From Bispira polyomma (Eukaryota): a stretch of 64,000 nucleotides of DNA. The DNA lies in the NCBI GenBank assembly GCA_965649765.1, contig OZ287753.1:4216001-4280000 (forward strand), written 5' to 3'. The notes below the pieces were generated by a model that saw only the letters and a program-made list of their open reading frames with translations, had not been told where the DNA came from and did not search any database. Positions 47,828 through 60,694 of this stretch are shown here, one piece after another; the first letter of the stretch is position 1; each line of letters begins with the position of its first letter. The translations under genes and the position numbers were made by a program.

Positions 47828-47982
47828 ATTACACACTGAAAGATGATCCATTTACTATCTGGTTAGAACAAAATGAAGTGCTTATTGGACCAGTACTGGT
47901 TTTTCTTAATAACGCTGGTCTATTAACATTGCTAACACTAAAATTGTTCTTCGATGTTTTTACAGTATGGATTGAGCTGTGA
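47828..47982 (+). CDS. Candidate last coding exon of the host gene (hydrophobic TM/GPI-type C-terminus)
   Basis: tccctag acceptor; phase-1 reading (N)YTLKDDPFTIWLEQNEVLIGPVLVFLNNAGLLTLLTLKLFFDVFTVWIEL* is compatible with the exon ending at 14233. Confidence 0.5.
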
Positions 47983-48479
47983 ATGAGTAACAAAAGGAAA
48001 TGTATCAGTGATCAGTTGACCATGGGTCCCAGATGGAGGAGATACATTTGTAACCTGCAATCCACCTCTGGTATACTCCCTAGTAATTAGTTCATAAAAC
48101 AACTAAAGGTCATGTTATTAAATTACCTATTTTAAATACAGCAATGACGTTTTACCAACATTATCATCTGATCTTCTTGTGGTAGTGGACTATTTGAGGA
48201 AAAGTACATATAGGATCTATATTTATTAGTCTCAGAATTCAAATCTATTACTCAAAAACATCTTCCTCTCAAATTAAATTGGGCTTAAGTAAATTGTTAT
48301 AAAAATTACCTGTTACTGCTTACCTGCAAAGATATTCAAGTACATACATTTATCTTTAAAATCATTGCTTAAACTGTACCTGTTATACAGCATTATCGCA
48401 TTATGAGCACCAATGTATTGTTAGTTAAAATACCAGAGTTGAATTATTTGACAATATGAACAACAAGGTAAATACAATT

Positions 48480-49790
48480 AAATTTAGCTTTCAATTTAAA
48501 AGGTTTACAAGATAAAAAAGTGTAATGATATTTTTATTAGGTTATTTGATATTGATCCAAAAAATATATATAAATTAATTTGGAAAAGGGAATGAGATGG
48601 CCAGATAATAATTTTTCGTGGCTTCACTAACAGCAATGGAAAAACAATATTGATCCCTAAAAACATCAACGTGAATTTTTAGTATTATTTTAACTTTTAA
48701 TGACCAATTTGGCTGTATACTATGAGATGACTGTAATTTTAAAAACAATACTCTTGTAATAGTTAGTTTATCTGCCCCCAAAAGGATAAACATACAAATT
48801 AGCTCTATTATTGACTTCTTTAAAACAGTTATTGGACAATTCTAGTGATAAACTACTTCTAATTGGTGGTGATTTGAATACCTATTTGAATGATTACATA
48901 GATAAAAGAGGTGGTATCCCTGAAAACCAATCCGCTAATACTGAAAATAGCTTTGGACTCTATGATGACGTTTTACAAGCTGATTTGTGTGCAATTGAAC
49001 AAAGGACTCCAAGGTTGTAGTACCTCTGACCATATTTAAAAACAAGCAGAGCTAGGAGTAAGAGATAGTCAAAAAGGGAAAAATGACTGTGGAAATTCAA
49101 TAATGATATTGTCACTGATTTGGAATATGTTAATCTAATTAAAAGACTAAAATCAGATAAATTTAGAGAATCAACATACCCTTTGGGAATTTATTAAATT
49201 TAAAAATGGGAGTCACACAATAGTCTAAGCTGTTAAAAGAGCGAAGCAAAAAAAGAATGTGACATTAGGCCGGGTTGTCAAACACCGGCTTTACTTTTTC
49301 TACTGATTGCAGAAGTAAGAGCATTAAAAAGTCATATAGGTACTGACACTAAGCCTGGGCTTCCTTTCAGCATGTTTTTCTCGGCCATGACCTAAAATAC
49401 CAAGTGCTTCCATTCAACATATTTGCAGCAGATCAGACGTTGGCAGACGTCTGTTCACCCATCAGAATTTATCGGTCATGGAGCAAAAAAATCAGGAGGT
49501 TGGGCCGATTTTAAAATATAAAAATTAAGGGAAAAATGTTTAGTAAATGTTAGAAAAATGTTTCGTACATATCTAATGAAAGGAAGCGGCTGATGTTGTA
49601 TCGGCTCTGATTGTAAAAAAGGAAGCCCAGGCTCAAAGGAAATTTGAAATTTAAATGTTGGCTAAAAGGAAATTTAAATGTTGGCTGACGATACCAGTGT
49701 TATTTAAGAAAAACACGATATATCCATTGAAATCACAACTTATTAATTTAAACATTTTACAAAATGCTAGGGCCTAAAATCTAAAAATGG
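48480..49790 (+). mobile_element. Highly decayed L1-type LINE fragments
   Basis: LIGGDLN, WKFNN, LADDT remnants; boundaries approximate. Confidence 0.55.
49352..49633. mobile_element. MITE, probably PIF/Harbinger-type (~280 bp)
   Basis: TIR AGCCTGGGCTTCCTTT / AAAGGAAGCCCAGGCT; TSD not clean. Confidence 0.6.
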
Positions 49791-50872
49791 CAGAAATATT
49801 TCCAATTCCTAATCCCTCCATACTCTGAGCGCTAGGCACTTCAGGTCAGTGAAGACAGTTCCTTATTAGTTATGTTTTTTAATGCTGTCTGTTGGCACTA
49901 GGATCTAACACAGTACCTCGGTAATTGTCACATGTATTAGTTATGGTAATCAAGGTATTGTCACAGTGTGTGGTTAATACACAGTTTACTTATGTTTAAG
50001 TCACAGGTCTTATGTTAATTCAATATCACATGGTTTTACTCCATGTTTGGTCACAAGTATTTAATGGTGACACTAATTATTACTTGGGTAAAATGTGTTG
50101 TATTCTATTAGTGGATATGGGTTTTTTTCAGAACAACTGCAGTATTGTCAAATGGTATTCTTTCCTAATTTTTTCCTTGAAGTTGTCTCTATATAAAAGT
50201 ATTTTTTGTATCCAAAAGTATTTGTATTTAAAAGTAAGATTGACCATTTAAATGTACAGTGCATCAGATTTAAATTTTATCTTTGTTGGTAACATTAATG
50301 ATCTGCTTTATATCTGGGACAGCATATATTGCCAGTTCACTAATACAGAAGTATGAGTAGAAGTATGAGCTGACATGATGTTCATTTTTGTAGATATGCA
50401 ATTGCTGTTCTTTTTTCTTTTTTAAAAGTTTTATATTGTGTCATGATTCACTGTGTTCCTTGTTTAGTTGTCTTCTTTTATTTACCCATGAGCATATACT
50501 GTATATTTTAATTGGTTACCTTTGTGTATGAATGATTATGGCAATATCTGTGAAATACTGTCCTTTTTTATATTTCATTTTCCACTTTAACATTTAATTG
50601 AACATGTTATACAATGGTTCATTGTTATAATAGTTCTCTTTTTTATGTTACAAAGTATATAATATTAATTTAACAATTTAGACTAAACTACATAGACATA
50701 TAACTCTATTTGAAATATCTTTTTTATTGATTCTCCAACGAGATTACAGACCAACAATAAAGGTCACATAAATCTTTTACATTTTCCAAATAAAATTGAC
50801 AATATTCCTGTTGTTGATATACCATATTTTCTGATTGGGTGTGCATAACATCACAAATTTAGAGTGACATCC

Positions 50873-51070
50873 CGCGGCATTAGTGGTGCTCATCCCACCT
50901 CTACAGTAGTGGTTTTAAATCTCGACCCAGCATGTTGACAGTATATATGCTGAGGGCTCCAGCTTTACGGTTCAGAAATGTTGACCAACTACACATGTTC
51001 TGCTTTCCTCAATCTATAAACCAACTGTTACTATTTAATACATAGTTGATGACAGCAATGTTAAATAATG
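50873..51070 (+). mobile_element. Degenerate tRNA-derived SINE
   Basis: Weak A/B boxes; TGACCAACTAC core shared with the 12633 copy. Confidence 0.45.
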
Positions 51071-51202
51071 TAAAAATATCAATCATTTAGCCTGTGAGCT
51101 ACAGTGCAGTAAACAAATGATATGTAAATCTGCATAATATTTTAATATGCTAGGATATAAATACATAGTATGTGGGTATAATACTGCTGAAGATAATTCT
51201 AC

Positions 51203-51600
51203 GAGTTGAACAAGATACCCTCTGATCAGCAGATGAAACCCTTTACCACTGGACCATGTAATACCACGCATGGATATAATTAGACTTGAACCAGCCACCC
51301 CCTGAGGACTAGATTAAACTATTAGCGACTACGGGAGACCATCCATGGAAAATTGGGAGTTATACCAGATATCCTATGATCAACAGATCAACCCCTTAAC
51401 CACTCGAGCATGGCAGACCACACATGGATATAATTAGAGTTGAACCTGGGACCCTCTGATCAACAGATCAAACCCTTAACTAGTAGGCCATGAGAATACA
51501 CAGTCACTCCTCTGAGGACTAGGTTAACCCTAAATACTAGACCGTGGAAGACTACAGATGGAAATATAAGGAGTTGAACCAGAAACCCACTGATACCAAA
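51203..51600 (-). repeat. Tandem array of ~6 degenerate tRNA-like (A-box/B-box) units, ~75-80 bp
   Basis: GAGTTGAAC...CTGATCA.CAGAT..ACCC.T.ACCACT..CCAT units at 51203, 51283, 51357, 51437, ~51492, 51571. Confidence 0.6.
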
Positions 51601-53362
51601 AAAGTTTAGCTCAATAATCACACAGGTTTTAACTTTTAAAACAAGCATTGAATGAATTGGTAACACATCTTAGATATGACATAGGACAGAGTTTTAATCT
51701 CAACTAGAAAGCAAGCTACTGCACATGTACCAACAACACGTGGGCAGAGTTTGATGAAAACATAAAAACAGTGAATCACCTACAGTCGCCATGTAGTTCA
51801 AATGTCTTTTACTTTAGCACATGGAAGGTGATGGCTTTATAAAATATTACCTTCCACAGTACGTTTAAAAATTTTATTTTTATATTATCCTAATAAGTTT
51901 TTTTACATATATTACTGCATATAATTGGGCGAAAATAGATGCAATCGTTTACATTTTTGAGTCTGTTTACGATTTTGCCATTGTTATTAAGGTCTGTTAG
52001 TATGAAGCAATTTTATTGGTCAAGAAGAGTTCTATCCAGTCAGAAGCAAGATGACATGCTATGATACACATGAAAATGAAAAAGTCTTTATTTTATTATA
52101 TTGTATGGAAACAACACACTTTTCTGTGCTAATTTCTATTCTAAAGAGTTTAATTGTGTTATAAAAATAAATGTTAAGACACTTATTTATCAAGGCAGTA
52201 TTAGTATTTACCGTTAACCCAACAAATGTGACTCCAATGAGATGATTTTGGATTTTCGTCTAAAGTACCGATTTCAGATTACACTAATAAATAGCACCTT
52301 GAAGCAATGATAAGGGGTCACGTTCAGCACATATTCAAAACTACAATATATTTTATGTTTTAGATAAAATTTAAGCTTGTAATAATATTACCCATCCATA
52401 GATAGATATGGACATGTACGTGCATGTTTTTGCTGACAGTTTGTGACAGGTACTCGGGAAATTAGGCATACATATAAATCAGCATTGAAAAAAATGGCAG
52501 TAAAAATCATCTAGAAAAGCTGAGGTAGCAAAGCTTAATATTTTGGTTTGAGTAATCCTCGAAAAAACAGAGTACAAGTAGCAAATTTAAAACTAGAACT
52601 CGAAATACTCAAAACTAAAACTTTCTGCCATTTGCCTGTCGACACGTTATTAGGGCAGTTGTCATGGGCATACATAAAAAATTAAACATATCCTGCATAT
52701 ATCTTCCCACAGAGATACATTCCAAAAATCAATGAATTTGTCTTTGGCCTTATCCCTGTCCCTCCATCAAATTCATGCAATATGTTTGGCAGTTTTTGTA
52801 TTACATACACCAGAAAGAGATCATGGCTCAAACATGTCCTCTATGAAAGAGGTAATTATAGTATGAGGTATCTTTATGTCATCTTTATCTCATCTCTAAT
52901 AGCCAGCCTTCAAAAATAACACTTCTCTGTCAAACAACATAGAAAGCACTGCTGTGAAATGAAGGTTACATGTCCGAAAATATTTGGTCAGTAATTTAAT
53001 GATGTTTTAATTGTAATTTGTAGTTTATTCCCCACTCTCCAAACATGCTATAATTATGTCTATTATGTCCCTCCCGTTTTCATTTCTATTTGTTGCGTTT
53101 CGCACGCATTGAATATGTCTGGGAAGTTTCCCTGATGCACGATATGTTTTTGCAGCCGTTTCTGGGGGTATTTATATAGGAGGCAATTATTCATTCCTCA
53201 TTATTTAAATTTAATTTACTGGATTTTTCAACAACAGCTTACAACCAGCTATGATGATTCAAATACAAGCAATGCGGAATATTTTTAATGCCACTCAATA
53301 TTTGGAACAGGTAGGTATGAAAGAAGAGGTACGTATGGTCAGAAGAAGGAGAAGGCTAAAAG

Positions 53363-54250
53363 GTTCAAACCCAGAAGCAAAAAACTAGTCATTTGGCTTT
53401 CAAAACTTTGAATGGACATTTATCTCAACCACCATCAACTGTGTTCAAACCCAGAAGCAAAGAACTAGTCATTTGACTTTCAAAACTTTCAAAAGGACAT
53501 TTATCTCAACCACCATCAACTGTGTTCAAACCCAGGAGCAAAGAACTAGTCATTTGACTTTTAAAAGTTTCAAAGGATCATTTGTTTAAACCACCTTGAA
53601 CTGAAAACCACCTTAAACTGAAAAGAAAAGAACTAGTCATTTCATTTTCAAAACTCCTAAGTCTACATTTGTTTAAAGCACCAACAAGTGCTACTACTGG
53701 GTTCAAACCCAAGACCCAATAACTAGCCTGTTGGTTTGCAAAGGTAAAATTTTAATAAAAAGATAAGATGAAATCCAAGTAACTGAAATCCAAAATTCTT
53801 TTATTTTAATTTGAAAGAAAAAAAAACATAACAAGTACATCACCAATACATGTAGGTGCTACTCTGGATACTTTAAGAAAGTACATCCCAAGTACTTCAC
53901 CAATACATTATAGTGCTACTCTGGGTTCAAACCCAAGACCCAATAACTAGCCTGTTGGTTTGCAAAAGTAAAATTTTAATAAAAAGATAAGATCAAATCC
54001 AAGTAACTGAAATCCAAAATTTTTTTATTTTAAATTGTAAGAAAAAAAAAGATCACAAGTACATCAACAATACATGTAGGTGCTACTCTGGATACTTTAA
54101 CAAAGTACATCCCAAGTACTTCACCAATACATTATAGTGCTACTCTGGATACTGTAAGGAAGTACATCCCAAGTACATCACCAATCTATTACAGTGCTAC
54201 TCTGGATACTGTATGGAAGTACATCACTAGTACATCACCAATACATTACA
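53363..54250. repeat. Compound tandem repeats (~80-bp x3-4; 224-bp duplication; 57-bp subunits)
   Basis: GTTCAAACCCAG at 53363/53443/53524; GGGTTCAAACCCAAGACC at 53699/53923; GTGCTACTCTGG at a 57-bp period. Confidence 0.85.
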
Positions 54251-55790
54251 AAGTTTTATCTTTTCTAGAAAATTTCTGTCATGTCCGCCCCCCTTGGGGT
54301 TTATCCAGAGCACATATAATTCCATCGCAGTATTTCACCTCTATGGCACAGCAAACTTCCCTGATGTTGACCTTAATTTACTTTAATTTATTCGATTACT
54401 TGAATTTTTAATTGCACAAATTTATATTCATATTTTCAGAGATGGAGATTCATATTTTTCAAAGCTGAAGGTGGAGATGAAAAAAAAATCAACCTTTTCT
54501 TTGCTGTGTGCATGTGTATTTTGACTATTGAGGAAAGAAGAAGGTATTGGAAAGATAAATACTTTTCTTTCGAAAGAAGAGACACCTGAAGCATGGAAGA
54601 TCTTAATCCTGACTCAGTGAAAACGTCTAATGCTATACCAGCAATTACTATTGACCATGCAACGCTTCCACATTCTCAAATCCCCTGGTCAAGAGAAGAT
54701 GATGACAAGTGATTGCAATCCTATTATAAAGGACCCATTTATGACAAATTTGGGTCGTGTGCTTTGCTGATGCAAATTAAATTGTGGCACATTGTCCCCC
54801 CAAAAATGTAACAATTTTTAAATGACAACTAAGGAGTCTACTACATGGATTTTAAATGGCATCAAAGAAAACAATTACTAAACAACATAATTGAACAACA
54901 AGAAATTGAATAAAATTTAAGTGCATGTTGTGGTGATAATAAATATTTTTAGAGATGGAGATGTATGTTTATTCTGGCGATTGAGGCAAGTAGGCAAGAA
55001 GGAGGAATGATTTATAGTCAAATGACTAGTTCTTTGGTTTAAACCCAGTTGATAGTGGAAAGGCAAGAATGGAATGGAATTTTTAAAATTTTAATTGATA
55101 ATCTTTTAAAATGGAAAGTGTTATAAAGAGGTGAGAGAGAATGCCACTCTCAAGGGATGTGTGACTTAACAAATGACAAATGGTAGTGGGAGGTGAGACA
55201 ATACCACGGTCTAGTTTGGATTATTAAGGTGTAAGTAGAAGAGTAGAATATAATTGTAATTAACAATGTGTAATTTTAAGTTATTATTTTATTTATAATT
55301 GTTGTTTTATTTAGAATTTATTTTATTTATAATTTTATACTATTTTATGTTTATTTTATTTGACCAACCTCTAAAGATTAAGGGATGTTGGGCTTGACAA
55401 ATGTCAACAAGACGTGAGACAATACCACACTCACATGCACCTTATAAGATTGGAAAATGATGGAGAAAAGGCTCCAAATAAAAATATTAAGGTTAATAGA
55501 AAGAAACGCATACAGGAACAAAATGAACTCAAACTTGATTATGAGATGCAGGCTACAAATAAACTCAAACAATTCCGGGTAGAGTTCCTTCATATAACCG
55601 TACAGAATTGAAGGTGTAAGTGGAAGAGTAGAATTAGACAATGTGTAATTTTCAGTTATTATTTTATTTATAATTTTAGTTTATGTATAGTTTTATTTTA
55701 TTCATAATTTTATTTTATTTTATAAGTTTATAATATTTGACCAACCTTAATTTTATTTTATAAGTTTATAATATTTGACCAACCTCTTAA

Positions 55791-56666
55791 GGCTTTAGTA
55801 ACGTAAACACACAATTGCGCAGCCCGTTTATTATGCCGCACTTACGAAAATATTTTAACCAGAAGTACCCAATATAACAACCTTAAAATAGGTCTTTAGT
55901 GACAGTTTTAAGCAGTTTTATATGTAAATACCATTTAAAAGTTCACTATTTTGTTGAAAAGTGGTTAAAACACCCATATAATGATCCTTGTGTTGTATCG
56001 TCACACAATTTGAAAATCTATGTTAATTGTCATATTTGTAAACAAATCTCGGAGAGAGCCCTTTCTATTGTGACATAATATGGTTATTGATCCAGCATAT
56101 ATGATGACTTTATGTATTCTACCCCACGTTAGAGGACATGTATATTGTTTTTAGTGATTTATATTTTTAATATGTTTTCTTATTTTATAAAAACAAAGAA
56201 TACAAAATATATTTCTGTTTAGAAGACTGTAACTTTAATGTTTTTATAACATTATCCATGTTTTTGTGCTTTATTTGAAAAACGAATTTATTCAAAATAT
56301 GGCTGATGTTTTCCCTTTTCTTTTAATGTACAATACTTCATTATTGATCCCTTCTTGGTATATGAATTGTGTCACGTTTGTGAAGCATGTACGTTTAAAA
56401 TATTACCCATTTTAGTTACAATTTTACACACTGCTATATGTATTGTATGTCTCAAGATACCTATCAAAGTAATACGTAAAATATATGAATTGGTATATAA
56501 TTAAAATATATGTCATTCTTTATTATTTCTACTCAAGAAAATGTAAATATCTTATCCATAATTCGAGTTTAAGGCCACAAAGTAAAAGTTATGCAGTTTC
56601 TGAGAAGCTCAAGCAGGCATAACGTGGTTATCAGCGATGGTTTTTTGTGTTTACGTTACTAAAGCC
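55791..56666. mobile_element. Non-autonomous Kolobok-type element (876 bp)
   Basis: TTAA|GGCTTTAGTAACGTAAACACA ... TGTGTTTACGTTACTAAAGCC|TTAA; TTAA TSD with GG..CC ends. Confidence 0.8.
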
Positions 56667-57013
56667 TTAAATGTATGTCAACTTTTGTAGTGACCATATC
56701 AGTGACCGTTTGACCAACCTCTTAAAGGTATGCCAGCTTCTGTAGTGACAATAGCAACGACATCAGTTTTATTACCAAAGGCTATTTGTTGGAAGGGTTG
56801 TGTGACTTGACAATAGTCCAAAGAAGAAAGTTATGGATGCATGTGGAGGTCACCCATAAGAAAGGCTACGAGAAAAGTAGAGTTCAATCACAATGATTAG
56901 ATGAAAGTAGAGGTCACCTACCAAAAAAAGAAGCATGTAGATGCATGTGGAGTTCACACACGAGAAAGGATACAAAAAAAAGTAGAGGTCAACTGCAAAG
57001 AAGAAGTGGATGC

Positions 57014-59400
57014 GATATGAGTACATTATGTACTGTGTTATATAAGGTGACCTTATTTCCCCAAAACATTAATTCTTTATTTTATTTTTACTGCTGTATT
57101 TTTTACAAATTAGATATGTTTCAGATGTAATCTGTTAACCTATGTACTGACAAGATGGTTAGTCAGCCCACTGACCATTAACTGGGTACATATTGCTACA
57201 CAACAATACGTAAATCTTGTGAAGTCCATGTAGTGGTAAAGATGAAATATAAAGGCTAAATAAAGTAAAAGAATAAAATAAATGATACTGTTCAATTACA
57301 TGTAAATATACGTCTCATGCATAAATGCTCAAAATTAAACTATTGTAAAATTAACATTAAAAAGATTTAGTTTCATATCATCTAATGATATCGGCCATTT
57401 TGTGCCAATAAAACAGGGGAAAGGTGTGTGTCTCACCCAGCATTACTTCCCATCTAGCTCAGCATTTGTGTATTGTAATTGTAATTAGACTTTTATTGTG
57501 CTGAATCTCCCCTTAACAAAGGGGACTCTAAGGCGCACCAACACAAAAGACAGTTATCCAATTTCCAAAATCAAGGGACAGAAAAAGGGTCAGCAACATA
57601 GAGCTCGCCGGGGGATAATTGAGACTAAGGTGGATATGCTTTAGTGTACAAGTGGGTTTTAAGCTTCTTTTCTTACTGTGTATTCCTTACTGTACCGTGC
57701 ATTACGGCCCCTTAGACCTTGTTACAATCATATCTCAGAGAAGCAATGCTCAAACAGGGGACATTTTAGTGAAGACATATAAATTGACATAATGATTTTT
57801 TATTCAACGTCATCTGCCAGCACCAGTCCGACCTCTGACGATCTAGATATATAGCGATCATGAGAAACAAGTGCACAGATGATCCTGATATATTATAAGT
57901 CGCCCATCTAACTAAAACGTTCTCAGCCCAATCACCAATTGTTCATCATAGCTGCTCTCCACCAGCCTACCATGTTAAACGGATCCAGAGATCATAAATT
58001 TAAGACCCGAGGGGTCGGTCACCTAGGCCCCGCCCAGGGCTGTGACATCAATATATGATACCATTCTGAAACTAGAGAACACATTGTAATAAGGGGTCGA
58101 GGTGGGTGGGTATTTTTGGAACCTGTAAAAAGGCGGGAGAATTTTGAAGGGGCGAGGCTTTTATAACTTCACACAGCCCCCCCCCTCCCCCCACGAAAAC
58201 AGTCTGGTACCCTAGCACTAAATTCTCTTACCGCCGAGGCATTATTTCCAACAGTGCCCCAGGGTCTAATGACAAAGATTTCTATTTTTTAATTAAGAGA
58301 GATACAGAACAATGCGGTTCACTACTTTATTAAAATCTATGTTAAATATCAATATGCTTTATGTACAGTTAAGTAAGGAGAGGGAATAAGGTCACCTTAA
58401 AACAAGTTGTAAGTCCAGCTTAAAGTAAGTTGAGGTTAACTTAAGGTTACCTTAACCCAAGGTGTGAATCCACCTTAAAGTTAAGTTGAGATCACCCTAG
58501 CAATGAGTTTAAGACACATTGTTAGGTTGAGGTGACCTCAAATACAATTATGCTTTAAGATTGGCAACTTAAGTGTTTAAGTTGAATTTCAAGTTGACTT
58601 AAGTCTCAGAATTTTGAAACTTGAAAGGTAGACTTGAAGTCAAATAGCAGATATGAGTACATTATGTACTGTGTTATATAAGGTGACCTGATGCCCCCAA
58701 AACATTAATTCTTCATTTTATTTTTACTGCTGTATTTTATACAAATTAGATACGTTTCAGATTTAATTTGTTAACCCCTTACATGACAAGATGGTAAGTC
58801 AGCTCACCAAACACCAGATTGAAGTAGGAAGTCGTACTTTTCTAAAGCAGTCTGCCACATCAGAGCCAGCATGGGCCGAATCCGAAATGTAACGCCAGAT
58901 GCAGTCTGATGTCGAGGTGCCATGACGTTGTATATTTTGCAAACTGACGTCATTGTTAAACGCAAAAGTGGACCCTGAACGTTGGAAAATGTGGTAAGTC
59001 AATCTGGACTGGGCTAAGCCCAGACGTTAGAACACATTAATCAGGTAGCGCCTCACCCTGGTATCCGTCATGACAACCCTTAAGGTTCCCATCTTGTGTT
59101 GAAACAAGGGAACATTCTTGCTCCCAGGGATGAGGCTCAATACATTTTCGATGGCTTTAACTGGACATAAGTCAGAGCCAGCCAAGACGGGAAGGGTCAA
59201 TAATTTAACTACGTCATTGGGTCTGGAGTGTTTTCGTTCACTTGATGAACACGAGAGCATAGCCAGGTTTGAACATGATATCTGCTCGTGTTAAATGCTT
59301 GAAAGGAGAACATTTTGCAGCCGTGTGCGGGGACAGATTGGACAATCTTAAACAAGAAGAAAATGGCCTGGCGGCTATATCATGATAATGCCACTACAAA
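57014..59400 (-). mobile_element. Decayed second YR (Ngaro/PAT-like) retrotransposon: YR remnant plus partial split repeats
   Basis: FFSCLRLSNL, SDLCPVKA, TYHIFQRSGSTFAFNNDVSLQNIQRHG...IWRYI; ~158-bp direct repeat at 57014 and 58650. Confidence 0.8.
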
Positions 59401-60694
59401 GCAAGTTATTGACGAGTCTGAAAATTAAAGACTTTGTCACGATAAGATATACATTATTATAAGTTATTTTTTCTAACCAATTTTAAAAGCAAAGAGGGTA
59501 AACTATCGTCATTGAGAGCACCGAGAAGTTCCAACTTCCATATAAGGATATTTAACCTCTGATCTTTGCCTCGACAACAACCACCAACATATATTACCTT
59601 ATATTTACACCTTAAAAACCTTGGAAGGTAGCAATTAATGAAACTCTCAGAAAATAGCAACATTATACTTGCATTTCGTCTGTGTATGAATTTAAAGGAA
59701 GCCATTAACGGAACTTTATGGAAAATAACAATTATTAAAGCAAATATGTCTTCATACTACATATATGAAATAGGATGATGCTGTGAAAGGAGAATAAATT
59801 CTCTAAAAATAATGTTGGCCTATCATATGTAGTATCTCCAACATCTATCATTTTTAGCTACATCATAAAATTATACAACAGTACTGATCATATATTTCCG
59901 AATGATTTTTTAACCAAAAATATTATAACTATGGCCTAAGTATTTTATAATTACTTATCAGCTGGGTATAAAATATATTTACAAATAAAAGTGTCTTCAA
60001 TTAATACTCACCAGGAAGATGGTGTAGTACATCTATTACATCCATTCATTTTATTTGGATTATCCTCATTTTAAATGAATGGTAAGTGTCAAATAAATCA
60101 ATTGTACTTGAAGAACTGATTGCCTTAAGTCACAGCAAATAGATCTGGTATATATATATATATATATATATTCCAACCGGAGCTAAAAGTTTGACCAAAG
60201 TTAAATTGACACTTTTTCTGTATGTCTCTTTTATGTGTATTCGTAAATATATTATATATTTATATTCTTATATTTGGTATTTAATCTAAATATTGTATAT
60301 AAATATTACCCTACATAAAAACATTGAAATATTCAGTACCCCGTAGTGCAGATAAGTATATTATGGTTAATTTTCACGACATCACTGATCCATGTACCTA
60401 CAAGGCAACATAGGTATCAAATCAAAGCTTATCTTGAGCAGAATTTAATCACATGCAGCTTCATTTATTTTGGATATATTCCAGAAAGAAAGAAATTTAA
60501 CAAATTCCAACCCAAAACCAGAAAGTAAATAAAAAAGGTAAAAAAACACCATATAATATATAACACTTGCTGTCACCTATAACAAACTATCACATTATAT
60601 TTCCCATATCTAAAAGCCGCGATTTCATTGGCTGTCGCCCATGGTTTAATTGACAGCATGGAAAGGTCCATTTTGCTTGATCATAACTTATATA

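Noticed and set aside
53363-54250. Repeat arrays as possible CRISPR or coding repeats
   Set aside because: Units are fully repeated with no unique spacers and no sustained ORF.
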